Assembly (NCBI RefSeq): GCF_964204645.1
Contig: NC_134028.1
Span: forward strand, 8,060,001-8,124,000
Direction: 5' to 3'
Source of the DNA: Tubulanus polymorphus
Taxonomy: Eukaryota; Animalia; Nemertea
Length of the DNA stretch: 64,000 nt
The position numbers and the translations under genes were made by a program. Shown here piece after piece: positions 10,527-38,411 of the stretch (positions are counted from its first letter, which is position 1; every line of letters begins with the position of its first letter). Below the pieces are notes generated by a model. The model was given only the letters and a program-made list of their open reading frames with translations, was not told the origin of the DNA and did not search any database.

Positions 10527-10982
10527 CAGGGTGACCGCTATTCTGGGAAACAATTCCTTTCAGAGCAAACACAGGGAATTTGATTGAAAACTCTGGAAAA
10601 CACAGGGAAATGGTTTTTATGTTGCCCATACTTCCATATTTCAAGCAGTCGCCACAACTTCTTGCCAGTTGAAGTCGTGATATCGATGGATGCATGTGTT
10701 AGTTCTGTGAATTAAACGAAGGCACTGTAATGTCATGACGAGTTGTGTTTCATGGTCTCCATATGCCTGTAATAAGACCTTAAGAACGTTACAAGTTTTG
10801 TTTCATGTGGTGAATTTCTAAATCCCTTAAATATTTGCTGAAAGTCGGAATATTTACTAGCTTACTACTCGGCTCGAAATCTTTCCTACTGCCGTTCCTC
10901 AGAACACAGGGAAAGCCCTGCTGCTTTTATTGGGAAAACACAGGGAATATAAATTATATATGGAAGGATTGTGGTCACCCTG
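10527..10982. mobile_element. hAT-type MITE (CAGGGTGACC...GGTCACCCTG)
   Basis: Terminal inverted repeats and internal aacacagggaa repeats. Related decayed copies at ~37930-38215 and ~49300-49525. Confidence 0.6.
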
Positions 10983-11309
10983 AAGCTCTCCGGAACGGAA
11001 CCTGTGCTTCCACGAACAACTTCTCGTCGAGTAAAAAAGAACCATCGAATTTTGTAACGTTTTGACTCATATGTTGTGCGTGCGCATAACTGGTCGAATA
11101 TGGATGGCGCGTGCGAGGCGTGATTGAAATAACGGGTTGCAAAAACGAGGTTTTCCTGCACCATCTAGAGCGACAGGGAGTGAGTGATCGACTCTGTGAC
11201 ATCAAGTGCCGATTGAGCCTGCCCGAAGCGCGGATAGAGACGCTGTTATGGCCACCCTGACCGGCCATAGGATGCAATCAGGACCTGTCGTTTTAAGGTG
11301 AGACCGACT

Positions 11310-11400
11310 TCTGTACCTTCGATTTCCGATTTCAAAATCAAACCCCCTGTTTCGACCCCGGCAGGTGTGGTCGGTTTGTAAGGGACACCAAACCAAATCA
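11310..11400 (+). repeat. Dispersed repeat family (4 copies)
   Basis: ttcgatttccgatttcaaaatcaaaccccctgtttcg...ccggcaggtgtgg...tgtaagggacac also occurs at ~56545-56625 (+), ~37035-37100 (-) and partially at ~59003-59030. Confidence 0.75.
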
Positions 11401-12582
11401 AAACGAATCAGACAAAATCTTCGACTCAAAATCGACTCAATAGGTTGCAAACGTCATCGACCATTGATCTCCAAAGACCTTAGCCACAGGCTCATAGGGG
11501 AAAATCAAAAATACGCGTCATCATTTTTTTGGGAATGATCACGACCAAAACCGAACTAGACAACGTTTATAACATTTTTACCATGCTCCATTAACGCGTG
11601 AATCTCAAGGAGCGCACCGGCTTTTACATTCGTGTCTCAATTCATGCGCTTAAATTCTGATCTTTTTCGAACGCGGCAGAGAAGTGAGCAATTCCGCCAT
11701 CACCGCCGCGTGTAAGTTAATCTTTCAAAATACGATTATAACCGAACGTATAAACCGAGCCGCCGTGTAATTACATTTACACAATACTGCTTGATTTTTC
11801 TTGTTTCAATTATCTGGAGATTACGTCTAATCATATTTGCGGCATAATCGAATCGCTGTACCAGTCACAAAGTGGGAAGGACAGAACCGGCTTTTACGGA
11901 GACGTTGCTCGTTGACCCACGGGAACACTCCAGTTGCCGCCGCTAATGTTGTCGGGGACGCCGTAAACGCGATTTCGGCGCCCGCATTTCGACTTTTCGG
12001 TAAACTTCAAGAATAAGATGCCGTAATTACCCAAATGCGATTATGCTGAAGGAAGCTCGTAACTAATGTAGCCGGAATTTTCCAGTATATAAGTAAACCG
12101 CTAAAACCTGCTTCCGTGTCGTCGCCGTATCGAATCGACGCTAAATTTGACCTCAGCAACGCGACCGGTGCGTCTGGCGCGGCGAATTTACCCTTATTCT
12201 CAGAATACACGTTTCATTACGAGTTAATTACGTCATTAAATTGTTTCTAATTTCTTATTAATCAATGAACAGATTCGATTTGTATTATAATGCCTAGCAA
12301 CACGTTTCGTGATCCTCACATTTACGACACTTTACGTCGTCCTTGGACATCAATTTGCTTTGTACTTGCTCGAACGCACGATTAGCCCACAAATACCATT
12401 AATGGGTTAATTCGCCCGTAAAATCGCGTGCAAACCAATTTCTAATGGTATTAAACATGATCAATGGTTGTAGATCATAATTCGGGTCGGAGGTACCTCT
12501 ACTGCAAACTGATGCAAGCAGCCGATGAAGCTATGCATTCGTTTCAGCTCCAGATTTAGTTAGAAAGTGTAAAAGATTATTC

Positions 12583-12699
12583 TGGGCCGATTGGCCAAAA
12601 GTTGGTTAGAGCTAACCAGTGGATAGGCGACATGGTGACAATTAAAAGTTCATTGTTAGTTTGGTATTCAACCGCTGGTTATCTTTTGAGCAACTGCCC
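12583..12699. mobile_element. Harbinger-type MITE family (GGGCC...TTTTGAGCAACTGGCCC)
   Basis: The shared terminus ttttgagcaact(g/a)gccc also occurs at ~37243-37391 and ~59992-60218, with CWG flanks. Confidence 0.55.
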
Positions 12700-13124
12700 A
12701 AAAAGATGCTTGAATTCGCTATATTCATTTCATTTACCACACTGTTGAGTTTTATTCTATTCATCGACCAAAAATGATCGAAGCGTCTTGGTGAAGGTCG
12801 AACCACAAAATGAGCACACAACATTACACGCTTTGCTGTTATATGACTCAATCATATTACATTAATGTATCCCACGATATTTGGGATCATATCGCTACTA
12901 AACTAATTTCCAATCGTAAATGTAATTTTATACGGATGAAAGTTAATTTATTAGGTATTGGTCCATCACGGAGATTCGATTAACGAATGCAACATTTGCC
13001 CGGTTTCTCGTCGTGCAATCCTGGGACGTTGTTAGCGCTGAGGTTGCATCTTCCTTCGTATAAGTATCATAGCTTATCATAGTGAGGAAGGGTTTCTCGG
13101 TTATTTTTAGATAAAAATAAATAA

Positions 13125-13197
13125 CGTCCGCGACAGGACTCGAACCTGCAATCTTCTGATTCGAAGTCAGACGCCTTATCCATTAGGCCACGCGGAC
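13125..13197 (-). tRNA. tRNA-Arg (anticodon TCG)
   Basis: The reverse complement GTCCGCGTGGCCTAATGGATAAGGCGTCTGACTTCGAATCAGAAGATTGCAGGTTCGAGTCCTGTCGCGGACG is a 73-nt cloverleaf with A/B boxes and a downstream T-run. Confidence 0.97.
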
Positions 13198-13938
13198 AAC
13201 TACGTTGGTCACTAAAATATTTGGGACAGATGGGACCCGTTGAGGACACAAATTTTATCTAATTGAACTATTTTCAGTGAAAACTTTATCAGGTGTGTCT
13301 ATGATATATTTACGATGTTTTACTCCACTACAAATGCTTATACCCCGCAGCTAATGACACACCAAAGCAGCAGAGGCAGGGTTTGAGTGGCAGTTTTCGT
13401 AAATGGTGCAGGCATAGGTGGAAAGAACCTAGCCTCCGTAATTGTATTTACCGCGTTTAGATTCGGTTATGTTCCATAATAAAATAATCCCATTTGGCAG
13501 ACATTATTGCATTATGGCAAGTAAGCCGGGGTTTTTAGTCGTGGCAGACGATCAGATGGTGTTTTTGGTCTAATGGATGGAATTTAGAAAGCTCTTGGGA
13601 GTTTGCTCTGGCAGCAGCTGCTTGCAGGATGTTTGATGATATCGGGGCCAGGTATTACGAAAACGTGGGAAATTTGATTTTCAGTTTCGTCGCGATAAAT
13701 GATTTCGAACGGTAGTCGAGTCTCACGTCGAATGTAAATAAGTTTCATAATGCTTTGATTATTCCTTGCACATTTCATTAAATTCTCTTTGAGAATTTCA
13801 TAAGCTCTACCTAATAAGGAGGACGGTTTCTATGTGAACTATTCTGCATTCGCTCCCATCGGGGAGATAACTAAGGCTCGTTATGATAGCAAATTACAAA
13901 TTTGGATGATACGTATTCTATTTGTGAATCTATTCTGA

Positions 13939-14263
13939 AGCCCAAGGCACACGATGCGATGAAACACAGAAACACGGAATCAAATCAGATCACGGAAACA
14001 TTGTTCCTGAAACCATAATTCTCATAAACGCACACGACCTAGGGAAACGCTCGGAAACGTGTTTCCGTCTTCTGCTGTTTCAAGCCCAAACGCACGCGAC
14101 GCAGAAGAACACTGAAACACGGAATCAAACATGTCTGATCGTATAAACATTGCTCCTGAAACCGTGTTTCTCATTTCTCTTATCGTACACGACATAAGGA
14201 AACGCTCGGACACATGTTTCTGTCTCATATGTTCCGTGTTCCCTGTATCGTGTGCGTTGAGCT
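13939..14263. mobile_element. Harbinger-like MITE
   Basis: Termini gcccaaggcacacgatgc / gtatcgtgtgcgttgagc; internal gaaacacggaatcaaa twice. A related end fragment lies at ~9700-9748. Confidence 0.55.
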
Positions 14264-17200
14264 AGCGTATAACGTGACACATTGTCTTTAGTACATATAC
14301 AGTCAAACGTGGCGATAAACAACTTGGAAAAAAGTCCACGGATACTGAAATATACGCCCGAGCGCTCCTTCGTTTGGCGCCTCTGAAATTTGATCACATT
14401 TCAATTCATGAGATTACGTAATCATATCGAAGTGATGTTTGTTGATCTGCCAAAATGGAATTATCGACTCGGCTTTGGTGGTGGAAAAGCCTTGGCCAGA
14501 GGCGAGTTACCTGATACGGCTGTTACAATGCCATTAACTACTTACCGCTTACTTATTTAATTGTATTTCGCCGAGTGGAATATCATTGCTTATCGAAAAC
14601 CCATATACAGAGCCGACCTACGTGCCACGTAGATATATCACATCAAAAGTAGTATTTGAAATTTTGCCTTTATAGATACAGAAAAATAACGCAATTCTCG
14701 GCGATTGGTCAATACGCGCACTTACGCCATCGATACAGATTTCCAAAGAAATCGAAGATGTTCCGCAATTTTTTCAGTTTTGTGAGTTTTGTTGCCCAGG
14801 TGCTCCGACTGGGAACATCTCCATTATGAATGATCATAAAACGGGTTGTAAAACGGACATCGATATCATCAATGGATTCATTCTGTCACTTGTAACTGTT
14901 GGATTCAGAGCTCTGACAACCTGGGGGGCACTTCCCTTATCATCTCCGTCAATACTCCGATTTTGACCATCCTTTTTCTTGGGGTATACTTGATTAGTAT
15001 ATAGAACAGCGAAGAGTTCGACGAGTTGAACAATAAGAAGTTAACCAAACTTGAAAAAGATATCGAGAACCATAACTATATTCCGTATGTACGCAAGGCC
15101 TGTACATTTTGTTAAAAATAGGGAAAATCTCTGTTTATTTATTTCACATATACAAACACACATATATAGATAAATATACATATGGAAACGATTCGCTGAA
15201 GATTATTTTGATTTTCTGACAGTGGCAAAAATCCATACTATGCATTATCCGTACGATATTCGTTTTACTTGCGAATAACAAACTATAGTAAACTTTATAC
15301 GCAATATTGACGAGAGCCAAGTTTCCCCTTTGATTCGAGCAAAACTTCCATTTTAATAGGATTGAGTGACAAGGGGAACACAAACAATGAAGCGATATGT
15401 CAAATATGATCTGATTTTAAGTAGTGGTAGTGTTTGTGCCAGCAGCACTATATAAGATACATGTACATAAGATTCAATTTTCAGTTTTGTCAGCAACTTC
15501 TGAGCCCGGCAGCCAAACAAATCCTATTCGACATCATAAAAGCGTATTTCGCTTCGAACCAGGGGACCGTAAAAAACCTTTTGTTACAGCAACACTATTT
15601 CATATAGATTAAACAATATATTATTTTATTGTCGCATTATAAGTCATCTAGGAAGTATCTTCCGAGCCTGCGGACATCTTATTTAAGAATTAAACTGCGA
15701 AAATTTGCGCTTGAAACGGTGTTCTGATTGATCGATTGTCGACATTTTTTTCAAAACGGCAACTGATGCTTCCCTCGTTTCCTACGTTTTTTTTCAAGCC
15801 CCCGTAATCGTTCTGCCGCATCAGTTATGGTTATAGCTATGAACCCTGATCGAATGTAATTTCTGTAATTGTATAAGAATCGGCGATTTTTGAAATCGCG
15901 TGCGGGCGCCAATCTATATCATTTTCGTGAAGGATATAGAAAATAAAATAGCTCCGACATCGATTTCTTCGATTCTAGCCGAAAAGAAATTGGCATGGCA
16001 ATATTGCGGGGTAGTGAATCAATTGTTAACGGGCCTACACAGCTAGGGAAAATTCTTAGACAATAGATCAATTTTCTTTTTATGCAAAGGTTATTGAACA
16101 TTTTGAAACTTTAGTATTACATGTAAAGATAAGTTATAACTCTGGAGCTCATTTGAAAAATAGAATTCCTTTACACGGCCCGTTTCACGGAGCGACATTT
16201 AGGTTACTAGTATATGGTATAGTTTTACTGGAAATTGATTTACTAATGAGAAAAGTTGATTCGAACTTAATTGAAATGTAAAAGAAATTGAAGCGCGGTA
16301 ACCGAATAACCATTAGTTAACCTGGCGGATCTTCGCCTGCCATAAGTGGAATCCTCCATTGCCACAGTACCCCATTGTTTTATGACTACATATGAGACTG
16401 TGCGACCCACTCCCGGTAGTGCCCATTACAATTGCCATACGATTCTAAACTTCTTCAGGCAGAGGTTCGTGGATATAAAAAGATAAAAAGTCCTGTCATA
16501 TCATCATCATTATCATCATCCTCAAATTACAGACTTAACGCAGTTGAACAATGGCCGCCGTTTATGTCATTATATCATCATGTTACGCATATACCGGCGC
16601 AGGGAAATACAATAACATTAGATATGATTATAGAATGCCTTTATCGATCCTTGGAATGTTGTTTTAAATGGGTGATTTTCAAGTACCATGTTTATGTTGT
16701 CAAAATTCAAAAAATGCGTATCTTCAGATTCGGAAAAACACGTCTAAGTACCCGAAGTAGGCCCTATCCACAGTTCAGTTTATGAGTAAAATTTGAAGTT
16801 CAATCTAACTCACTCCATCTTTTGTTTGTTTGATTGATTGATTGACTTGATTTGCTTTACTTCGATTTTATGATTATTTTGTGAAACCCCACGCACCTGA
16901 CCGAAACATTGGAAACATCAATTCAATTCAATTCAAAATAACATCGCTACTCAAATAGAGACATCGACCCGCAAAAGTGGATCTATAGACCACCCCAGTT
17001 TCAATAGTGTAGGGGAGGCGGTTTTTTGATTCGTTTATTTATATTCGACGTGGAAAAAATTGATCAAAATACGCTCGCGTGTATTAATTCAATTTATCTA
17101 CTAGAATGTTCTTTGGAAACTTCATTGCAATGTTTTTCGGCTGCCACGAATAGACGCAGATATAGACATGAGAACAGTTTGACGACTCTAGTTTGTTTGT

Positions 17201-19959
17201 AGCTAGTAGGCACACGTGTAGCATCGAATTTCTCCGGCAGAGTTGTAACCGATCTTGTTGCTTTGATGAACGCTGTTTGTAGAAATCGAGCGGATATTGC
17301 GCGCCCAATTCACGTACGTTACTGAACGCCCAACGTACATCAGAAAAAAAGAACGGCGCCCGAAACCACGCAAAATACGTTTTATTTTCATATCAATTGG
17401 ATTTATTCCAAATATTAAATTATGGCATCGATTTTTCGTCGCACTCGTTTCCCCGAGGAAAACAAACCTAGATGTCTGTCGGAGGTGTTGGTTTAAAAGC
17501 CCGAGGCGCCAGAAATGACTACAAAAGCAGGAGAATCATTATTTGAGTAAACCATTTTCGACATAAAGTATTGTACATAGACATGTAGATAGTAGAGTGT
17601 CCTTAAATGAAGGTTATTAGTCAGTTCTTCAGATGTTCAATTTTGAATTCGAGCTTCGCTCATCATTCAGGAAAAGTCGTTCTCAAAAGTGTTTGCCGAG
17701 TGTTATCTTTAATCTTGAAAAATAACTGAATTACATCTTGTGATTTTTTTTCATTCTCATATTCGGGGCCACAGTTTGACTCATTGGTATCAATTTGTAT
17801 TCGTTTTCGAGTTATGAATCCAAATTCGATTATTGGCGAGCTGGTAGACAAGTAACCTCCTTCATATCTATCACCAGACCCGTCAACCTATCATTTACTA
17901 CATCAGGGTCAAATACAGGAGACGAGTAGTACTTTAAAGGTTAACTATTTCATTTGACGCACGAGCTTTCGTTACTGTAGTGTATAGTAGCTGCATCGGG
18001 TGAATAGTCAATGGAAAAACAAAAACATTTGAATATTGTAATAAAGAATTAACACAATTTTTAGAGGGACATCAGAAATTGCTTCAGGGCAGCAATAGAT
18101 TTTCGATAGCATAGACAACCTAGCGGGACGGTGCGGCAATTTCTGGGAGTGTCCCTGACAATCAGGGACAGTTGGCATCTCTGTACCACCGTAGACTCGA
18201 AAACATTTTAAAATCCATGCTATCGCCTTACGATGCTTTCATTGCCGCGGAGGTCCCAGGGCGCCATGGAATCTCCTCATAATTGTTATACTGAAAACCG
18301 CGGTGTTTTCCTATTTCGGTGAGGAATTAATCACATGTTCTCAATACACGAGTAGTTATTTCTCGAAATATTACATCACATCGAAAATCGTTTCAGAAAA
18401 GAATTCTTTCAGTACAAGTCAGCCGTCTGCGGCGAGCCGGAGCCCGAAAGGCCAATAAAACGACGCTTATTACAAAACAACGCGTATCAAAAAAGATAAA
18501 ACGAAGAAAAACTAAGTCACGCAAATCTGTGATGTTTATTGTGATGCGTATACGCGGATTAATTCGCGCTCGTCGGCAGAAGCTAATACCGTCGACGCAT
18601 TTCCCTCAATAATCATTCGTTACCAGTTTTTACAAAGCGTTTGATTTTTCTCGGTATCTAATTATCCGGCGCGGGGTGTCGAGGATCGCGTTGCCGTCGT
18701 TAAATATTCCCGGCGCATTGGCAAATCGGATAACGTGATCCGGCGTTTCATGTTTTCGGCAAGATTCCACTAAGAATCTCAAATCAAAAGAATTAATTTG
18801 CCAGCCGAGATAACGATGCGTGTGTGTACAAGTTTTTTCTTTGAGGTGATTAGGTTGATTTGCCAGCAACCGGAGACACCGAAAATCCACGGATCCCAAA
18901 AATTGTTTATATAATATATATACACAGACATTTTTGTTCGCGTCGTCTTCGACCGGGAGTCCGTCTGATTTTTTCTCAACCATCGCTTGTAAGATATGGC
19001 TCATATATACGGGATGGGGTGTAGGGTTACCTCCCGGCGTATTGTATCGAGATCATAGCATTTACCATTTTTCGCGTACAGACATTATTTCACGACATCA
19101 TTTACGAAAGTTCAAATTCAATTCAGAAAATGATAGATTCATGACAGAGATTATTGGTACGCACATCTTCGAATAACATAATCTTGCCAATATTCCAAAA
19201 TCACCAGGGTCACCACCAGAGCCCAGGGTCTAGTTTCAAGACTAAAGAAAGAGATTAACTCGATTTTTTTTTTTTGGTTTCGTTTAGTTCGGCGAAGTTG
19301 CCTAATATTTTCTCTGATTCTAACCGCGAGTTCAGTTTTATGAACAAGTTTAAGCTTAAGGTTAAGTTTGAATTCTCGTCCTCTTTGAAAACATGAAGCT
19401 GCCAATAGTATAATTGAACACCAACATTTTGAGTTTGACTTTTTGTGAAACTGAAACGTTACAGGTTTGTCTAGAAATTATTATATCAAAATATTTTTTA
19501 TTTGTTTTGAATTATATGCTACTTCTTATCGTAATTTGAATCGTAAATGAAGTATCATTATTATCATTATTATCAGTAAGTGTATTCAAATATCTAAAAC
19601 CTCCCGAATTATCCGTCGCCGATTATGGGGAGTGCCAATCCTAACCGTTTTCTCCGAGGGCTCGTAGCACGACGCTCGGACGTGTTAAACGATACGGCGA
19701 TCAAATTTCGATTTGATACATTAACAGATATTTAGAAGATATTTGGTACCAGGCGGTCTGTGCACGTATCGGCACACGATCGTAGAAAAAACTGAATAAC
19801 ACACACAATAGACGCACGACGCGCGGCGGCATCAGTCGTTAGTGACATCGCCAACATGTGACAAGTTTATAAACACCCTGGGGAGGTGTAGCAAATGATT
19901 ACGACTAGCTGCGCGCTGATTGGTCGATTATCGGTTGACAGATACAATGCGCGTCTAGC

Positions 19960-20080
19960 GATGGATGATGCGCTCGGCGAACGGGCCATTCTCGCATCCC
20001 GCAGCTTCTCTGACGGATACACACTCAGATATTTACCGTTTATCAAACCAGTCGCCAAATTTCATTCCGTACGAATATTC
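19960..20080 (+). other. DRGX: Probable non-coding first exon of Drgx (start approximate)
   Basis: Consensus donor c|gtaagt at 20081, an upstream inverted CCAAT (gattgg, 19918) in CpG-rich sequence, and a matching acceptor ttttgtag at 20849 just before the ATG exon. Confidence 0.5.
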
Positions 20081-20864
20081 GTAAGTATGTTTAATAGATA
20101 TATGATGATTTCGCTAACCTTTTCATGTTGATTTCAATTTTCAATTTTATTATCGCGATACGAATCTCACCTATTTCGTGTATTTCTTGTGTAACGTATT
20201 ACTATTTCTCTTTACGTTCAAAAGCATTTTTTCTGAAATACGGTTATCACGAGTTTCGCTTATGATTGCTCAAACTAAACAACTACTTTTTGCAACGGTA
20301 AAGATTTTCGATGCTTATATATATATGGATAAAGTGTTGATATAGTATGCTAGTTGAGTATTGAATACTTATTAAGAATGATTACGTTTTCGTTAATTAA
20401 AGTATTAATGGATATAACGAATCGCTTGTATTTCCCTCTAATGATAGCAAAATTTCGCAGAGAGTCTTTATGTGTTTTTTCTGATATCTATAATTAACTT
20501 CCAACGTTTTCGAATACCCTAAACTCACTCGAAAAAAATATTTCTTGCGTTGGGAAGCATGTAATTCTATCCGTATTAAGACTGAATGAATCGAAAATCT
20601 TAAGATAGCTTTTCATACGCGGTAATTAAATTTCAGGTTATTCATAAGTGAACTCGCGTATTTGATCTAATTAAATTGTTTGTATACACAATCGGCGAGA
20701 TTAATGATTCTTCGACATGCATTTCAGATACAATATGTAATCCCAGTTCAGAACGTCAAGATATGATCGTTTGATTATCGACGATAGATGAAAACAGTAA
20801 TACGTGTTCAAATTCAAATTATACTGTTTTCAAACTCTGTATTTTGTAGGAATCATTTTGAACG

Positions 20865-33801
<12,937 letters not shown>

Positions 33802-33828
33802 AAACATGCTATTTTTACATTCCGAAGT

Positions 33829-34025
33829 CAGGGCGGATCCAGGGGGACTTAGAGACTGAGATATGTAAAAGTGCATTAAATTTTTTGAGCTCCCTTTTTC
33901 GCTAGACGCTTTTGCCTTTTTGGACATCAGACAAACTATTCAGAATTAACCCCTTTTGGCACATCAAAGTGCTTAGTGACAAGTTGTGACAAGTTCTTCA
34001 AAATTGGCCTCTGGATCCGCCCCTG
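33829..34025. mobile_element. hAT-type MITE (CAGGG(G)CGGATCCAG...CTGGATCCGCCCCTG)
   Basis: Terminal inverted repeats. Family members at ~8249-8447, ~8835-9105, ~24628-24944, and an end at ~30860-30875. Confidence 0.7.
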
Positions 34026-34810
34026 TTGAAGTGGCTCCCTATCGAATTTAAAATTGTAAATGAAAAATGCACTGACACCTCGTATTGTATATAGTTACTG
34101 TATAGATGAATTTGAGTTCGTTGGTATTTTTGAAACAGCCGATAATATCGTTTTTTTCCCGATCGATCTATCGTCGAAAAATAAGATATTTCATCAGTGT
34201 ATTCGTCTACGTGTATTCGTATTCTCAGATTGTCAGCAGAACTCTACCGTCGTGTATTCATATCAGAATCATCGCGTGATGAGGTCGCCGTGAATTTTGA
34301 TTGAGTCATTTTCTCATTAGCACCGCGACTAGATAACTGGGTTGCTCATCTGGGAACATCGTCGGCAATCTTATGAATACGAAAGTTATGAATTATAATT
34401 ACAGGCCGACGTCAATTCGTCGCTTCGTGATTTGATCAATTACACAATTATAGGCCAAGAAATTGAATACGGCTGATAACGGCGGGGAAAAATTCGCCGA
34501 GCCACCCGAGAGCTGGATTATTCTGTTATTATATCAATCAAAGATTGCCGTAAAGCAGTCGTTATGTCGTTATCATATCAGTCTAAAAACCGGTGTCGTA
34601 AATTAGACAGCGATATTGGCAGTGTCGTGTGAGTAATTTGTACGCTGTAAGGAAATAAACTTGTGTAAGATACTCGGGGGTATGTGTGTGAGTGTGTGTC
34701 GTCTGCCAAACTGTACGCCACATATTGATAACAAAACCATCGCACACGCTATCACCGTCTATGATTGCTCGTAGGTCTAACCTATTCAGTATACGGTTAA
34801 GAAATTAGTT

Positions 34811-35025
34811 TTGAAACCCACTATATAAACTATTCAAAAGCGAATTTTATTGATCAAAAATTTAAATCAAAAGACGTTTCGAATTGTTACTAGCCCCATC
34901 GCCACCAGACGATCATCTGTAGAGAGATTTCGAAACGTCGTGCCTTTAAACTTTAATTCTGAATTTTGTATACAGTGAATTTCAAAGTGAATATCTATTC
35001 TCCGCGTCTGAGTGTGGCTATTCTG
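34811..35025 (+). mobile_element. Penelope-like element remnant (dispersed family)
   Basis: aaacccacta...tcgaaacgtcgtg...tctccgcgtctgagtgtggctattct is shared with ~44298-44490 and ~59240-59400. The CGAAACGTCG motif and partial inverted structure are typical of Penelope pseudo-LTRs; the class assignment is inference. Confidence 0.45.
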
Positions 35026-35908
35026 CGAACATGGTTAAGAAGTTAGTGTAAATAGGTGTATGGATATTGAAATAGACACAGAAACCTGCATCGTGAAGCC
35101 ACGTATGTCTTTCGCATCAGGAGTTGAACCCGTACGCATCCGGTACTCGCATAAGAATGCAAAATTATTTTGGACAATTTGAAATTCGATGAAAGAAAAT
35201 TTGTATACATTTTTGGCGCTAGTGACAATTTCAGATATAGGCACGTAAAAACGTCATAAATGTTTTTAATTGGAACAAAATGTATTTTGCCAATAAAATT
35301 TGATAAAAGTACAAAAATGCAAAATCAGTAAATCGATCGATCGATATCTTGGCAAAAATGGATTTTTTGTAAATATGCTATATAAAAGTGCACTTTATTT
35401 ATGTCTCTCAGCCAGGAAAAAGTGCAATATTTTCGATTTTCAATTTATTGGAATAATCTCTTTTGTATCGCGCGAAATTTATGGAAAATTTCATATACAT
35501 ATAGATTATTTTTTGTTATGTATGTTGGTGTTCCTACACACGCCTAGGCTGTTTATAAAAATATAGGGCCTACATACATATAAATTCAAATATATTATTG
35601 TATCATGGATGGTTAAAAAATAAATTACTATCGTTATATTTATAAATCTGAAATTTTGAAGTTGCTTTCAATTTTCTGAATTTGAGTCACGGTATCAAAA
35701 TTATCCTTTCGCTGCTTCAGCAAAGTAAAATGAATTCTACTTGGACGCCATTGATTTTTTCAAATAGTGGACATGAAGAATCAATGATTATACATTCTCA
35801 TAACGCGCTGAATATTTCGCATAGGATCATTCGAACAAAAAGCAGTTCGTACTAGTTCAAATTTAACGCGACAAATAAAACGACATTGTCGATCCATTTT
35901 AAACAGTT

Positions 35909-36023
35909 GTCAGGATGGCCGAGCGGTCTAAGGCGCCAGACTCAAGGTTCAACCTTGCCTGATTACGGGCTCGAGTGTTCTGGTCCACGAATGTGGGCGT
36001 GGGTTCGAATCCCACTTCTGACA
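35909..36023 (+). tRNA. tRNA-Leu (CAA) with a 31-nt intron (35947-35977)
   Basis: Exons are identical to the 31509-31626 copy; intron GTTCAACCTTGCCTGATTACGGGCTCGAGTG; TTTTT downstream. Confidence 0.97.
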
Positions 36024-38411
36024 AATTATTTTTCAACCGTATCGATCCGCTTTCTTTTCGGTTACCTGTTTTAATATATCATATTCGAACCGACTAAAAC
36101 TTAGTTCTGAAACTTTTTTCCACCGCAATCGATTTTCACCTAGCCTTAATGCCCGTTAATATAATGACTGTTTTCGCAAACAGATGAAATCGTTGACCCG
36201 TTATGCGCGCATCTTCAAACGCCGAATAGCAGCAAATCATCGAATCAACTCTCGCTCTTGACAAGCATTGATGTCGACAAAAGCCGACCGACAAGACAAT
36301 CCGACTGGCACTACTGGCGAATGGCCCATATTTTGATCTCGTTAAATCGTGATCGTTAATTCAATCTCATGTGTCATTATCGGTAAAGAATAGCAATGGC
36401 GCTTGTAATCTGCTTTTGTACCTCCTCATCCCTAACACTGATTGCCGAGAAAATTCAATTTGCTGCCAACTAAATTCAGTAATGTCGCCCGTAGCCGTCG
36501 TTAATCTAATGCATATAACGGGCCTCGTAAAGGAATCAAAGTTGATTTACTTTACGCTGTGAAGACGCCTCGCACCGAAATTTGTTTTCCCATTCAATAA
36601 GACAACTTTGATTTTCATTAAGGCGCCATGAAGAATGGAGTGGATGTGCTGATCTAATTTGTGGCCGACGATTCGCACCGGTGCCTGAAGATATGGCGAG
36701 TCAACTTCCATCACAGATCACCGCGCAACCGCCGCCAAGATGGCATATATGAAAAAAGAGAACTTTATAGGAAAGCTTAACTTTTATGATTATTTGTCCA
36801 GTCCACAGATTCCAGCTATACATTAGTGCTATTGCTGTTATAACATGATGACATCACTCTGAAATTCATTTTGAAATACAGTTCAACCTTGTTAAGACGA
36901 AACCTGTGCAATGTTTTCCAGCATATCCAGTCCAGATTTGGATAATACGAAACCAGTTTAATACAATTTCCTTTTGGCCCACAAGATTATGTTGACCATG
37001 TTATTTATTTGCTTTCGATTTCGTCCCATTTTTGTGTGTCCCTTACAAACTCACCACACCTACCGGGAGCGGAACAGGGTTTTCGATTTGGAAATCGAAG
37101 TTCCACTGCATGAAACAACCCTCCCTGTATTTGTGAAGACCGAATTCTCGCCAAGGATTTTTTTCCATTGAAAGGGTAAACCCCGGTTTCGCATGGACCT
37201 GGATCATTTCACGGTATATGGTATCATCGGATGCAAAGTCAGGGGTTGTTCAAAAGCTGGTTAAAGATAACTTGTGGACAAATGCCATTTTTAGCGATGA
37301 ACTTTGGTACGTGCACACAACTATCCACTTATAAACTCTAACCATATATATAGCTTATACGTCCATGTTCTAACTTTTGAGCAACTGGCCCCAGGAGTCC
37401 ACGCAAATATCAATAGCCTACGCCTCGATGCCGAGTTAGATCTCTGATGCCACCGCTGGCAAGTGTGTAAGACAGTTACGGCTATGGCTCGGGGCTATCA
37501 TCAGTGTCGGTACCTCCCCGCCACATGCTCCGCTAGACAGAGAATCATCTCCTCCGTAGCTCTAACCAACATCGCCAATTGTCAATTAATGGATTAAATA
37601 AGCGCTAGTGATTAGTGTAAGAATAGTGTCGTTGATTAGCTATAATGGAAAAGTGGTCCTTCGGTGTAATAGGATTGATAACACAAGTGTTCTTACATGA
37701 ATTACCGTCGTCAATAATATTACAGGCACAAGTCGTCGAGTCTGGATAATGTACCCGAGTTACAAACGCGAATCTAGCAGGAAATTCTATAACCGGAATA
37801 AATTAGCATAAAGTCGCGAATGCTGTGAACTCGGTTCTGAAGCATGTAACTTTCATTTTAGAAATGTTGGTTTAATTCAATGACTTTTATCTATCTATCT
37901 GATCAGCCAAATCTTAAACAGCGCAGTCACTCTCCCTTATTTACAATTTCCCTGAGTTGTCCCTGTTTTTTTCCATTTTACAAAGCTAAATTCCCAGAGT
38001 GAGTCGGCAGCTGAATTTCTTGGTTTAAAATGTAACAATATATCCATTTTTGATGAAGCAATGATTAAGAATAGTTTGGTTAGTATATCCCAGTTTTCCA
38101 GGGGTTTTCTGGTGCAAAATTTGTCGAATTCTTCGAGTTTTTCATCATTTTTTTCCCTCGATTTTTCTGATTCACCGAGGTTTCCAGGTTTTCAGGGTCA
38201 CAGTGGCGCCACCCTGTGTAACTAAACCACGGCACTGAAACGTCAATATCATAAGACGTGTATTTTGCCATAGCGGACAATTGTGGGAAATTCTATCATC
38301 ACAAACAATCATCAAATCGTTAAGTTATTCACACATACGTATACCATTTATTTACACGAGATTAACAATTTCTTAGTCGCAGAAATTCAATATATATCTA
38401 TATCGTTGCAA